DNA of 64,000 bases from Eutreptiella sp. 'Long Island Sound 2002' (Eukaryota; Protista; Euglenida): assembly GCA_964036045.1 (NCBI GenBank), contig OZ038379.1:17794001-17858000 (forward strand). Reading direction: 5' to 3'. The position numbers and the translations under genes were made by a program. The first letter of the stretch is position 1. Each line of letters opens with the position of its first letter. Under the pieces are notes generated by a model. The model was given only the letters and a program-made list of their open reading frames with translations. It searched no databases and had not been told where the DNA came from. Positions 47,418-59,726 of this stretch are shown here, one piece after another.

Positions 47418-50400
47418 CTTGTTATCTTTTGTTAGATGTTGTTGTTTGCCAGCCTTGTGATGCATGCCCACTGAATTTAGTTTGAGTGCAGCAACCACCA
47501 AGAGCTCTGGGCTGCAGGATCGCCTCTGAAAGAGGTGCACGGTAGCTGTCAGTACTGCTATACCGCTGCCGCTGCCGCCAATACACAATATGGCTGGGTG
47601 CACTGTATGCAGAAGTCTGCGGTAACCTGCAAACAGGAGGCACCTTGGGCTCGGCATTTTTGATTTTGATGCATGCACAACACCTGTTTGACATGGTGAC
47701 CCGGCCGGTTGCCATATATTAAAGTTTCAGTCGCTGCTTTCACTCTATCTGGCCCTCAAGTAGGAAAAAGGGGGTGTTTGAGATGACCGGTGAATAGCTG
47801 CACACACTAGGACTACATAGATTACCTGTGACCAAATGGTTCCAAGGGACATGTCTTTGGGTGACGACATCATGTTTTGCCGCCACTTGACCCATCCAAC
47901 GACCACCAGGATTGGCTTTCTTCTAAAAGGTGCCGAACCCTGGCGTGGAAAGTTTCGCATGGGGTGGCAAGTGGCCTCAAGGTGTCTCGCTCGGAGGCCT
48001 TTCGGGCGGTGCAGCTCATCTTACTTAGAGCGCGCAAAAGACTCTATGAGTATCACACGAAGGGACTGTGTATGACGTAGAATATTGCTAGTTGTAGCAA
48101 AACCTCCCAATTTCCCCCCGACACGTGCACACTGCACACACGCTGTGCCAACACCCCCCCTATGTTTCAAAATGAAAATGCTAGGTTGCTGTCTAAATCT
48201 GCTGTTTTTGCTTTGTGGCTGTATGCTTCCCCGGTGGTGGGTGGGTTTCACGGGTGTCACAGAAAGCTGATTTACCAATCGGCGCTTTGCCTACGCCATG
48301 CCCGCGCTGTGTGTGTTGTGCAGAAACACCCCCTCGGCCCTGCTTTGACTCAAAGGGCTCACCAGATACTGTCTTTCAACAAAAAAAATGGTTCCCGGTT
48401 TGGACTTGGACAAAAGGGAGGGAGTTGTACACCGGCAGCTGCCGCACCATTATGCCACATCAATGGATGCACACGTCACTAGCAAAGAGCGACCCCGGAC
48501 TTAGACCCTGCGTATTTGGCGGCATACATCCATGCAAGGACGGTGGAAAAAACATTTCAGGGGGGGGTGGCGTCTAGGGCCCCGTAAAGGAGCAACAACC
48601 AAACGGAATGTCACACACTGGGGGGGGGGGGGGGGGCAAAACGGGGGAGTTGCAAAAAGGGGCTCTTTGGGCCGACCTATAGAAAATTGTCCTTTTTTCA
48701 AGTTTAGAGCCTAGCAAAAGCAAAAAAACACTAAATTTCCAATGGTATCAAGCATTTTATGGATGTATGGGGGGAAGGGGGGTTCGTCAGGGGACAATTT
48801 CGCGGGAACATTTCACCTTTCAGATTGGTGGCAGAGTTTTCCCGGCAAAATATCTTTGCGCAATTTAGCCCAAAAAAGTGGATTTCTAACTGTAGTAGCA
48901 AAGAGAGACATTTGCTTGCTAGTGTGCCTGTTTGCTTTGCCCTATCCTTGTATCCCCCCTTTGACCTGTGTCCTCTTTCTTTCTTTGCCCCCCCCCCCCC
49001 TTTGTCCAGCCCGTGTATAGCTGTGCATGAAAGTGCATCATTAAGAGTGGTCCCCCCTTCAGTGTGGGGGACCCAGTCTCTCCGATGTCTCCCGTCTACT
49101 GTCCACCCCCTTCACCACGCTCTTGGCTCTTCCCCTCTTTTTTTTCAACCAAACGGGGGCTTGCAGCAATGTCTCTTCTGCCAAAAAACAACTTTTTGTC
49201 GGTGCTCCTGCAATTTTCCTGATGGCATTTTCTTTGGTTAAGTTGAACAACACGGTATGTAGGGCTGGTGCGTGGGTGGGGTACGAGGGGTTCTTCGCCA
49301 GGTGTGGGGGGGGGCGAGAGGGCGCTTAGGCACCAAAAGAGTCAAGGAGAGCAAGGCTGAGGGGTACATTGTCATACTTCAAATTGAAGGCACCCCTACG
49401 AGCCTCTCGATCCCTCCCCTGCTGGCAACCCCGCCTGCTTCGGCTTGCGAAAAGATTGGTTAGGGCAAAACCTCAGAATACAATGCAGAGGACAGAATCA
49501 CTGAGAAGGAGAATTGTCCCACCCCCGCTCCCCCATAATTGGATAGTTGTCTGTGTTGTGCCTTCCTGCCTTCCTGTGTGTTCTTGATTTGCTGTGGACT
49601 TGCTCTGCACCACACGCCCATGGAGAAGTATGTGACGCGTGCCATTGTCTGCTTCACAGGAGACCGTAACAAAAGACTTATGCATGGGTAGGGCCAACTC
49701 GAGGGAGTGACAGCAACCATCCACAGCTCCCAGATGCCACCACGAATAAGCAGGAACCATCCATATGCCACCAGATTGGCTAAAAATGTTGTGCCATACC
49801 CTTGAAAAGGCAACATGCAGGGAAGTTTGCATGTGATTCCAATGGCACCCCATGTCCATTTTCACCAATGTACACCTCCAATACCCCTCGGGCATCACAA
49901 GAAGCTTGGTTTCCCCCTATTTACTGTGTTGGCAAAATTGTCGCACCTCGTACTTCTGCACGGAAAAAGTTCAAAAATTGATCACGTCATCAGTTTACCC
50001 CCCCCCCCCCCTCCCGGAGTTTTATTTGAAAGGTTCCACACCACCAGCCAAAATAGCCCTACTTGGGGTGGGGGGCGGGGGGCTGGAAAGGAGGCACCTT
50101 TCACCCCCAGCCCAAAGAGCCTCCTGCTTGGGGGGGGGGGGGCGGGTCTGAGAATGGGGCTCTTTGCCCCGCCACCCCTCCCCGGGAAAACGTTTTTTCG
50201 TCGAGCCCAGGCACTCACCAAAATCGCCAGCCGACTGTTGCAAGAGGGCTGGTCCTTTAGAAAGGATCTTTACAGAGCTGCCGCTGCCACTGTGCACCAG
50301 CTTCGAAAATGCTCCAGTACAAGTCTGTTTGATCCAAAGCGAATGCGCGCGCAGCCTACCTCAGCAGAGGGACCTGCTACATGCGAGCCCCCCGACACCG

Positions 50401-50984
50401 CCACCCAGTGATTTCTGCATTCCTGGCCCCCTGACACGAGATGCATGTCCACTGCCCCCCCTGTTCTGAAGACTTAATGCCCACTCAACTGTGTTTTGCA
50501 CTCCACTGTCTTTTTCAGGCCACAGTATTTGTGCCTCATGCACACTGGGCAGCCGCCGCACGTGGCAGCCTCCCACTGCATAACCTGGTTTTATGCTCAG
50601 CCAATCCTCACTGCGAGTCAGATCCGATACCACCGTCATTTACGGGATCATCATAGAACTGGACAGCTCTGAACCTTGATTCTGAGAGGCTATCATACGG
50701 TAAGTACCGTACGGTGAGCGGGCTACGCCCGCTCATCTTTGTCTGGACCAAAAGGGATGGCGTTGTACACCGTTTGTACAATGTTTTTAGTGCTTTTGCG
50801 ATGCAACGCTCCCTTCTTCCTTCCTGCACAAACTGTGGCTTGTCCAACCCCCTGAGGGGCAGGGACCACAATTTTTTTTGAACATTCGACTTCTCTTTCG
50901 CAGTGTTTTTTGGCAACAAATGACCCACTGCCGCCGATGTGGCTAGACCAACATCTCAGTCGTCATGGCGTAGACAATTAGGCA

Positions 50985-53900
50985 ATGCCGGACCAAACGC
51001 ACAAAGGCAGGGAGCGCCCCGGCAGTGCTGGCAGACCCAGCAGCGCCCAAAGAGCGGGCAGCCGCCCCCAGAGCGCCCGGACGGTCGGTACCGCCCGGTC
51101 GCAGAACAGCGTCTCCGACTTCTTGAGCAAACAGGCCACGGACTACCAGCCCGGAGAACAGGAGCAGCACTTCTTCACGACGGCGCTGGAGTCGGTGTCC
51201 AAATGCATGACCCTCATGCGGACGGTGCATGGGGCGCTCAACGCTTTGGTGGAGAAGATGCTGCAGGAGTTCGACCCGCCGCACCTGCAGGCGGTGCGAT
51301 CCATCACGGGGGACGCCTGGAGTGCGCTGAACACCATCACAAAAGGGCACGCCACAGCGAAGGAGGCGTACGCCCAGTGGCACGTGGATGGGGGGGAGAG
51401 GGGGGGCTTCCAGAAGCAGATTCAGGACTTGGAGCAGGAGAACCGAGACCTCTCTGAACGGATCGACAGACTGCAGCGGGACAATCTGCTGATGCAGATG
51501 GTCTTGGCGCTGCACCGGCACAGCGGTGCTCGCAAGAAGTACGGGATCCGCCCGTCCCCGGACCATCCCGTGTCGTTGGTGGTGGCCACAGTGGTGGGTC
51601 TGGGGGGTTTTTGGGCCGCCCAGCCGGCGCTGGCGCGGGCCGCGGTCGGGCAGTACATGCGGGTGCTCCGCCGGGAACTGACGCGGTGCCAGGGCTACGA
51701 GGCGTGCTGCGTGGGGGAGCACTACATGGCCGCCTTCAAGTCCACGAGGAAGGCCATGAGCTGGTGCTGCGGTGTGCAGCGGGCGCTCCTGCAGGTGGAC
51801 TGGCACGACGACCTGCTGGAGTTCCCGGAGTTTGGGGTGCAGGTGAGCCTGGACAACACCGACAAGCTGCTGTTCTGCGGCTTCCGCGTGGCCATGGGGA
51901 TGGACCAGGGCGCGCCCGACGTCCTGCCGAGCCACTGCACCGGGCGACTGGAGTACACGGGGCAGTTCCCGCAGCACGTTGCCGCGCTCTGCGAGGCGGC
52001 GGAGGGGGGGCAGATCTGTGTGGGGCCTGCGGCGGCGAAGGAGCTGCAGTACCTGCAGGTCCCCGGCGTCAAGTGGAACGACCCGTACCTGCAGACGCTC
52101 CTGCAGGAGGGCAATTCGGTGCCCATCGCTGTGGCGCTCCCCGTTGAGTTAGCGAAGCGCCGCTTTGGGGCCCGCCCTGTGGAGGCGGATGAGGTCATTG
52201 AGGCGGGCAATTGGTGGGGCACCAAAGAGGCCCTGGCGGAGGCCGCGGCAGAGGGTGGGCCAGAGCGAGGCCCCCGGAGCCCCAGGGGCTTGGCCGTGAG
52301 GCATTTTTGGAGGAAACCCTCCGGTGCCATGTCGGACCGCATGCGCCATCACATGCCCCGACAGCATGTGCCTTTGGCCTCCGACCCGTACCGGTCGCTG
52401 GAGGGCTCCGTGTCGATTCCCAAAAGGGGCTCTGTGAACCCCCTCGACCACCGCCCTTCAGGAGCGGTGCCCCTGGACCACCGCCCTCCAGGAGTGGTGG
52501 TGGAGGGGGCAACGGCACTGGATGCCAACGCTCTGCGGGAGATCAAGGACATAGCCCTGGACCTGAGGCAGGTCAAGGAGCGAATCCTCGCTGACCCCTT
52601 GGCTGAGTGGGGCAGCTCCGCCCCATTGCGGAGCCGAGACAAGGGCAGGAATACAGGCGCCGGCAAGGGCGCCGACAAGGACAAGGACAAGAACAAGGAC
52701 AAGAACAAGGACAAGGACAAGGACAAGGACAAGGACAAGGATGACACAGACACAGACAGAGGGAAGGAGAATGACAACGATGATCAGGAGGCGCCCAACG
52801 CCCCAATCCGGAAGAATCTGCTGCCTCCCACTGTCCTGGAAGGCACCAAAGGGCAGCTGCTGAACCAGATCCTGGAATTGAATGACATGGTCTGGGACTT
52901 GCAGCAGACCTGCAGCTCGAAGGAGAAACTGATCGCAGACCTGAGGACGGAGCTGGGAACGAACATCAAGAAGGATCGGGATGATAAGCAGCCGGCGCCC
53001 TCGGTGACACCGCCGACCATGAATGCAATGCCGAACATGAACATGAACAACATGAACGACATGGACCCCATGGACGTGCAGCGGATGTTGTACCAACAGC
53101 AGCAGCAATTCTTCGACCCAATGCAAACGCAGGCCGGCGGCATGTACGGCTGGCCCTACGGGGGAATGGATGGGCAGAACTGGTTTCAGCAGCAGCAAAT
53201 GGGCATGGGCATGGGCAACGGCATGGGCGACGGCATGGGCATGGGCATGGGCAACGGCATGGGCATGGGCAACGGCATGGGCATGGGCAACGGCATGGGC
53301 ATGGGCATGGGCAACGGCATGGGCAACGGCATGGGCAACGGCATGGGCAACGGCATGGGCAACGGCATGGGCAACGGCATGGGCATGGGCATGCCCATGG
53401 ACCCCCATGCACAAACACAGGGTGCGGGTGCTGCAAGGGTCTCTGCCCGGCCCCCCGGCCCGACGCCGGGGGATGCTGCCGATGGGGACGCTGCGGCCAA
53501 CAAGGCCTCGGCGTGGGTGCAGGAACAGACCTCCTCCGGCAGACTAAGCCCCGCGTTTGGCGGCGATGTGGTGCCCCCTGCAGACCAGAAGCCCCCCGTG
53601 GCCGACAGTCCTGGGGGGGCGCCTCCGATGTACGGCGGGGCAGCGCCTGGCACTAGTGGTGCCCACAGCGCACCCCCCGGTACAAACGGTGCCCCCGGTG
53701 CACACCCACACCAACCGCCGGGGGCCCCCGCATTGCCCAGCCCGTCGGTGGGGGTGCAGGGCCATCAGGCCGGATGGGGCGCCCCACTGATGCAGGCCGG
53801 CCCCCTCGGTTCGGGACGGCTCGCTTCCCCCTTGGGCTCCATGAACCCTCCGGGCCCGCACATGCCCGTGCCAAGCGGCTCCCAGCCCCCGGCCCATCCA

Positions 53901-54185
53901 TCGGGCATGAGTGGGTATGGCGCCAGACCCGGTTCGGCCGGCCCCCCTGCCAAACCTCGTCCGCTGGGCACACTGTCCAATGAGGTGAACTTGCAAGAAC
54001 CCGCGTCGGCGACCTCAGCGAGTAAGCCTGCACTTCCGATGGTGCAGATTGGGATGGAGTTTGACGAGAACGCCACACCGCACCTGACCGGCAAAAGGAA
54101 GGAGCTCGGGTCCATCGTGTCCCAGAAAGGCAAGCCCCACCCGAAGAGCGAGCGCAAGCGCAGGGCTGCGCCCAAGGCGGTGTGA
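50985..54185 (+). CDS. 1066-aa protein: coiled coil, degenerate class III adenylyl/guanylyl-cyclase domain (aa about 192-352), second coiled coil, Met/Gly/Asn repeat and Pro/Gly-rich tail
   Basis: Uninterrupted 3.2-kb ORF with strong GC3 bias. VSLVVATVVG...RRELTRCQGYEACCVGEHYMAAF...WCCGVQRALLQVDW...GFRVAMGMDQG...LEYTGQ...AEGGQICVG is collinear with fungal/kinetoplastid-type cyclase domains. Confidence 0.9.
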   Translation: MPDQTHKGRERPGSAGRPSSAQRAGSRPQSARTVGTARSQNSVSDFLSKQATDYQPGEQEQHFFTTALESVSKCMTLMRTVHGALNALVEKMLQEFDPPHLQAVRSITGDAWSALNTITKGHATAKEAYAQWHVDGGERGGFQKQIQDLEQENRDLSERIDRLQRDNLLMQMVLALHRHSGARKKYGIRPSPDHPVSLVVATVVGLGGFWAAQPALARAAVGQYMRVLRRELTRCQGYEACCVGEHYMAAFKSTRKAMSWCCGVQRALLQVDWHDDLLEFPEFGVQVSLDNTDKLLFCGFRVAMGMDQGAPDVLPSHCTGRLEYTGQFPQHVAALCEAAEGGQICVGPAAAKELQYLQVPGVKWNDPYLQTLLQEGNSVPIAVALPVELAKRRFGARPVEADEVIEAGNWWGTKEALAEAAAEGGPERGPRSPRGLAVRHFWRKPSGAMSDRMRHHMPRQHVPLASDPYRSLEGSVSIPKRGSVNPLDHRPSGAVPLDHRPPGVVVEGATALDANALREIKDIALDLRQVKERILADPLAEWGSSAPLRSRDKGRNTGAGKGADKDKDKNKDKNKDKDKDKDKDKDDTDTDRGKENDNDDQEAPNAPIRKNLLPPTVLEGTKGQLLNQILELNDMVWDLQQTCSSKEKLIADLRTELGTNIKKDRDDKQPAPSVTPPTMNAMPNMNMNNMNDMDPMDVQRMLYQQQQQFFDPMQTQAGGMYGWPYGGMDGQNWFQQQQMGMGMGNGMGDGMGMGMGNGMGMGNGMGMGNGMGMGMGNGMGNGMGNGMGNGMGNGMGNGMGMGMPMDPHAQTQGAGAARVSARPPGPTPGDAADGDAAANKASAWVQEQTSSGRLSPAFGGDVVPPADQKPPVADSPGGAPPMYGGAAPGTSGAHSAPPGTNGAPGAHPHQPPGAPALPSPSVGVQGHQAGWGAPLMQAGPLGSGRLASPLGSMNPPGPHMPVPSGSQPPAHPSGMSGYGARPGSAGPPAKPRPLGTLSNEVNLQEPASATSASKPALPMVQIGMEFDENATPHLTGKRKELGSIVSQKGKPHPKSERKRRAAPKAV
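52675..52745 (+). repeat. (GACAAG)n coding repeat, poly-(DK)
   Basis: Read directly within the 1066-aa ORF. Confidence 0.9.
53199..53393 (+). repeat. ATGGGC/AACGGC coding repeat giving (MG)/(MGNG)n
   Basis: About 65 codons of M, G and N (one D) within the 1066-aa ORF. Confidence 0.95.
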
Positions 54186-54329
54186 GGGCTGTCGTCGCGC
54201 ACCCGGGGACGCATGTGTGGCGGCCCTTGGCGCTACTGGCATGCACCTGCCCCTCGGACCTGCATCTGCAGCGGGTGTACAGCGATGGAGGGGAGTACCG
54301 TGTGGTATGCGTGGCATGCAGGCAGGTTG

Positions 54330-55210
54330 GAGGCAGCAGACACCCTGTTCCTCGACATCGAGCGCACTGAGCGCTCCCCTATCTGTTCTTGCCTCCGAAC
54401 CATGACTGCCCTGGCAGCTCAAACACCGCAGCCCCTGTACGTCGATCCAGACCGACTGCCTGGGCCAACTTTTTGCTTTTCTCTGCCACCCCCCCCCCAA
54501 ACCAACCAAATGGCAGGGTTCCTGTCGACGATCTCCAGGCCTCCAGACCCCTTTACCGGCCCCCAGGCGTGACCCACTGACCCAGCTGTACATATCAAGA
54601 GAACATGAAGCCGAGAACTGCCGAACATTGCTGCGCATGCATACAAGGACGTGCATGCGTAGAGCGCTTGAAAGACCTGCCTGCGGCCCCAGTCGTGAGG
54701 ACGTGAGCGGTTTCAGGCCGACATGGTCGGCTGAAATCAGTGTCGGATGACCTGTGCAACCTCCGGGAGGGGCTTGGAACACATTTGGGTGATCGTCTGG
54801 TGACACTGTGCGTGCGTTTCATCCCATGGGGTCCCACTTGGCACCCTGTGCAGCCCCCCGTAGCTGCTCCTAGTCATCCCACAGGGGCCACTCTGAGCCT
54901 GTGAAGTTCCTCTGCAGAGGTGGACCTGCCAACAGCAATACCAGAGTTGGAGTTTTTCGATTTCGGGCCGAAAACGCTGCTTTCAGAGCCAATCCTGTTC
55001 AGGGGCACAGGGTGCCGGATTGCAGTGTTTTGCCGTTGTAGGCTGAAAAGTGCCAAGGTGGTATTTGGCATTTTGGGGGGACCCATCACCTCTCCCTCGG
55101 TCTGCGTTTATGCCCCCACTCCCACGGAAGGGGTTGTTTATGTATCTGAGCATTGCGGCAACCCGCCCCCCGGCGATGGGGTAAAGATGTATTGGTATGT
55201 GCAAAAAGTA
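54330..55210 (+). pseudogene. Possible exon remnants downstream of the cyclase gene (weak BTB-like and MATH-like phrases)
   Basis: DTLFLDIERTERSPICSCLRT and LLSEPILFRGTGCRIAVFC give only an impressionistic resemblance. Confidence 0.2.
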
Positions 55211-56909
55211 TGCACATGTCCAACCATATGTATTTCGGGTACGGATGTGATGCTATACCCCTTGCCAGGTACACCTCTAACCCTGCCTAGGGCCGCGGCT
55301 GTGGCAGCATATTTGAACGCCTTGACCTTCCGGTTTGCACTATTTTGCTGAGGAGAACTGGCGAGATGCGAAGCTCCATTTTCACCCGTCTCTGAGGGGC
55401 CGTGTTGTGTGCTGTGCGTGTGCTCTGCTGCGTGTGTGCTGTGCGTGAAGTCACCCTCCTACCACAAGTGGGGCTAGATAAACAGTAAACATCACAAATA
55501 CAGAGCGACATCCCGTCAAAGGGCCTATCATGATATTCATGGGTATTTTGTTGGCACAAGTTGGTTCCACCACCATCACCCTAATGAAGGGTGCTGTACC
55601 TGCAGTCTGCAGCAGCTGGATGGGGGACACTGTGATGGTGTAGGCATGGTAGTATGCAAAAGGGCAGGGGCTGGGGTCGGCTACGGCGACCCAGGGCAGC
55701 GGCGATGGTGGCCCACAGGGACACGGGCCGGCAGAGGGGGAAGACACCTGACCTGCGGCAGCCCAGTCCTTCTGTCGCATCATGGTGGTACGCAAAAGGG
55801 CACCGTTCGTGCCGTCTAGCACTGCCCAGAGCCGGCCCACTTGAAAGCGCCAAATTCACTGTGCACCCAAACTGCATCAGCGGTGTTCAGCCTCCGGGGC
55901 TTTCTTGAGACGCCCTTGCAGGCAATGCAAAGTTTTTGTACTACCCGAAGTACTGGGACCATGTTTGAAGGCTCACTCTGCTCTGGGTATACACCAGCAT
56001 CATGGGTGATGGGCAGATGAGGGTGCCTCTGGGGAAGATGATGACGATAATTAGTTGTGTTTTGGTGCATTTTTTTTGCCTCTCAGGGGGTCACGGGTTT
56101 CAGGGGTGCATAATGCAGGTCCCAGTGACAAACTTTTGTGCAGTGCCCACGCAGTGCCCAAGCAGTGCAGTCCCCTCTGAAATGCTTTATGTTGGGCATT
56201 GACTACACACATCACTAATCGCTCATAGTAATAGGGGCATGTCTCTGCCCCTACGGTTCCTCCTTCACCCGACCCCAGAGTGGCCAGCATGCCCCCCATA
56301 TTAATGCGCCCAAATTTGCGGGGCCACCGACTGGCGGCTCATGACCTGGCTTTTCCCCTTGCCCCTCTCCACCCGGCCCAGGGCAGCCTCGCCCCAACCC
56401 CCGGGTGTACAGTGTCCGGATGTTGGGACGTTCACATGGAGGACGGTCGCCCACGAAGGACCATGAAGAAAGTCAGCATAGAAACCAACTTTTGGGTGGT
56501 CAGTCGGGCAGCTGGTGGAGGATTCACACACGATGTGGCAGGGATCCCCCGTCCCCTCCCCACTGCCCCCTTCTGCCCTGCGCCCCCAACCTCATGCCTC
56601 TCCGATGCATTTGCGCGGTGCGTGCGGAGGGGGGCCAGGCCGGCTGTGCCAGTGGGGGCCCCACATGCCACGAGCGTCCGGCAGGGCCACGGGTGCGTAG
56701 TGGCGATTGACCCTGTACCCAAGGCCCCTCAGTAATACCCCCCCGCACCACCAGAACTCAGTAGGAATGTGCTGTGTCCGGTGTGCAGCTCAGTAGGAAC
56801 ATGCTCCATCTGAACATGTTTGAGATGGCAGACGATAGTTGCAAGTCTGGTGGGGCCCCGATACACTGGATCTTGGGGTCCCCCCCCCCCCCCAATGAAC
56901 TGTGGACTG

Positions 56910-58460
56910 TTGGGGACGGCATGGGTCATGTAACCAACCTGCCCACTTGCGGGCTACTGCCGAATTTGTCCCCCGCTCTGAAGCATAGGCGCCCCCCCAA
57001 ACAACAGGGGTTATGTAGCCAATCCACCCACTTTTGGGCCAATGGTGATTTTGTCCCCCACTTTGAAGTGTATGAGACCAGAGATGGCAGGGGTTATGTA
57101 GCCAATCCGCCCGCTTGTGGGCATCTGCTGATTTTGTGATTTTGTGCCCAGCTCTGAAGTGCAGACATCCCCCAGAGGTCGTGTCGGCAATCCGCCCACT
57201 TGTGGGGCATTGTTGATTTTGTCCCCCGCTTCAAAGTGTAGCCAGATGGCAGGGGTGGTGTAGCCAATCCGCCCACTTGTGGGCCACTTTTGATTTTCTT
57301 CCCCTCTCCAAAGCCTAGGAGACCCCCAAGACGGCAAGGGTTGTCAATCCGTCCACTTGTGGGCCACTGCTGACTTTGTCCCCCGCTCTGAGGCACAGGG
57401 GAACCCCCAAATGACAGGGGTTATGTCGACAATCTGCCCATCCGTGGCCTCTTCTAGTTCTCTTTTGAAGTGTTTTTTTTATATTCATATGCTAATGTAT
57501 ATCGAGGTGCTCTTGCACGCCAAGCCCCTAACCTCCCATTCACACTAGTGTCCAAGACTTGAAAAAGAGTTTGCCCGCTTTGAACTGTTGGGGAGCTCCA
57601 AAATGGCAAGGGGTTAAGGAGCCGATGTGCGCACTTCCAGGGCGCTGCTGATTTTTTCTGCCGCTTTGAAGCGTTCGGGACCTCCTAGATAGCATGGGTC
57701 ATTTAGTCAATGCGCCCACATGTGGGCCACTTCTGATTTTCATCCCCGCCTTGAAGTGTTGCCCCCCCCCCCCCCCAAACGGCTTTGGTCAAGTGGCCAA
57801 TCCCCCCATTTGTGGGCCTGTGCGGATTTTCTGGGCCACTCTGAAGCGTTGCGACAAAATCAGTAGTGGCTTGCAAGTGGGCGCATTGGCTGCATAACCC
57901 TTGCCGCTTGGGGGGGCCGATCATGCTTCAGCCGAGGGACAAATTCAGCAGTGGCCCACAAGTGGGCAGGTTGGCCCCTCTTTGAAGCGCAGGGGACCCC
58001 CAAGACGGTAGGGGTTATGTAGCCAAAGTGCCCACTTGTGGGGCACTTCTGATTTTGTTGCCCTCTTTGAAGCGTAGGGGACTCCGAAATGGTAGGGGGC
58101 AAGTAGCCAGTTTGCCCACTTGTGGGCCACGTTTGAGGTTGTCCCAGCCAATCTGCCCACTTGTGGGCCCATCCCGTTTTTGTTCCCGTGCGTGACGTGT
58201 AGGAGACCCCTACGACGGAAGGGGTTTTGCAGCCTATCCGTCCACTTGTGGACCACTTCTGATTTTCTCCCCCTGCTCTAAAGCATTGGAGACTCCTCAA
58301 ACGGCAGGGGATATGTAGCTGATCCGCCCAGTTGCGGGCCACTGCTGATTTTGTCCCCTGCTTTGAAGTGCGAGAACCTCCAAGATGGCAGGCGTCATGT
58401 AGCCAATCCACCCACTTACCAGCCACTTTTGATTTTGTCTCCCCCAAACGGCAAGGTATA
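56910..58460. repeat. Diverged satellite-like array, about 85-bp unit, roughly 17-19 copies, core GCCCACTTGTGGGCCAC...TGATTTT
   Basis: The core recurs at about 56941, 57025, 57110, 57195, 57272, 57352 and onward to 58411. Two units near 57846-57975 are inverted. Confidence 0.9.
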
Positions 58461-58859
58461 TTTAGGTGTAGCGTACTTTGTATTGCATGCAAGGACACTG
58501 ATTCAGTAAACAAGCTTTTTGATGCCTCTATAAAACAATCAACGTTTCATAATAAAACTATGCGATAAGAATTAGGTTGTGCCACTCAAATCATCCCATT
58601 AACAATCTGCATGTGCACTTGCGCGACGCACAATGCAAGCAGTATATTTGTCTGCTGCACACCCCTCCCAAGTCAGTCCAAGGGGACCTGGGGCTGGTAG
58701 ACACATAGAGATAGTGGAAGCCAGTGCTATGCACACCAAAACAAATGTACAAAATAAAAGGGAGGTGACAAAAATACAAAACTCAAAAACATTTTCGGAA
58801 CACCCGTGTGCCCTACAATGACAATCATTAGGTGTTAGGGGCTTCGTGCTTGCTCTGTA

Positions 58860-59160
58860 TTCATTCTCGGGGTTCCCCAACGCCAAGCGCGGGGAGCAAA
58901 ATCAGAAGTGGGTACATCACCCCTGCCTTCTCGGGGCCCAAAAGAGGGCATCAATGCTATGTCACCCTTGCATTCTCGGGGGTCGCCAACGCCATGGGCG
59001 CTGAGCAAAATCAGAAGTGGTCCCCAACAAAGGGGAAAAAAATTAGAACTGACCGCCTCACCCCTGCCTTCTTGAGGGCCAAAAAGAGGGCGTAAATGCT
59101 ACATCACCCCTGCATTCTCGGGGGTCCCTAAAACCAAGCGCGGGGAGCAAAATCCAATAC
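58860..59160. repeat. Related diverged units in the opposite orientation (AAAATCAGAAGTGG; ACCCCTGCMTTCTCGGGG)
   Basis: AAAATCAGAAGTGG is the reverse complement of the array motif CCACTTCTGATTTT; 3-4 units. Confidence 0.8.
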
Positions 59161-59726
59161 GGGTTATAAACGGGGTCACGGCCTGCTCAGATTCCCACTG
59201 CATATGGACAACAATTCATCATTTATGAAGGACAGAGCCCACGTTGGTCAGCCGCAAAACAGGAGAAGTGGCAGTAGCTCAGTCGCCCGAGACAAGCCAT
59301 ACAAACAACGGCCACGTGGTGACCCGACCTGCTGTGCACAAGGATTATGAGGGTCTGCAAAGGACCACTCCAAGGATCGCAGGTCAGGGGTATTGCCCTG
59401 GGGAGGACCGGGACGGGTCAACCGGGAAACAAAAATAGACACACTGTTGCAGATGAGATAAAACACGCACAAATTCTGATCAATAGGATAAACGATGTGC
59501 TGGCGTTTCTTGGGAAGGGATGAAAAATAGCTGTAATTTGGCTGCATGAATTGCACAAACTACGAAACAACAGACAAAAGCCATCAAGATGCATGAACCC
59601 CATGAAGACATGCTGCAGGATGGTTGTCCCTCCCCCCCCTTGTCCAGTAAGCAGCTGCATGTGACAGTTCCCTCACACCCCTGCAGGAACGCACCCCAAG
59701 TGACGGTTCCCTCAGCCCCCCCATTA

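Noticed and set aside
56910-58460. CRISPR-like array
   Set aside because: The intervening sequences are homologous to each other, the units are degenerate with mixed orientation, and there are no cas genes.
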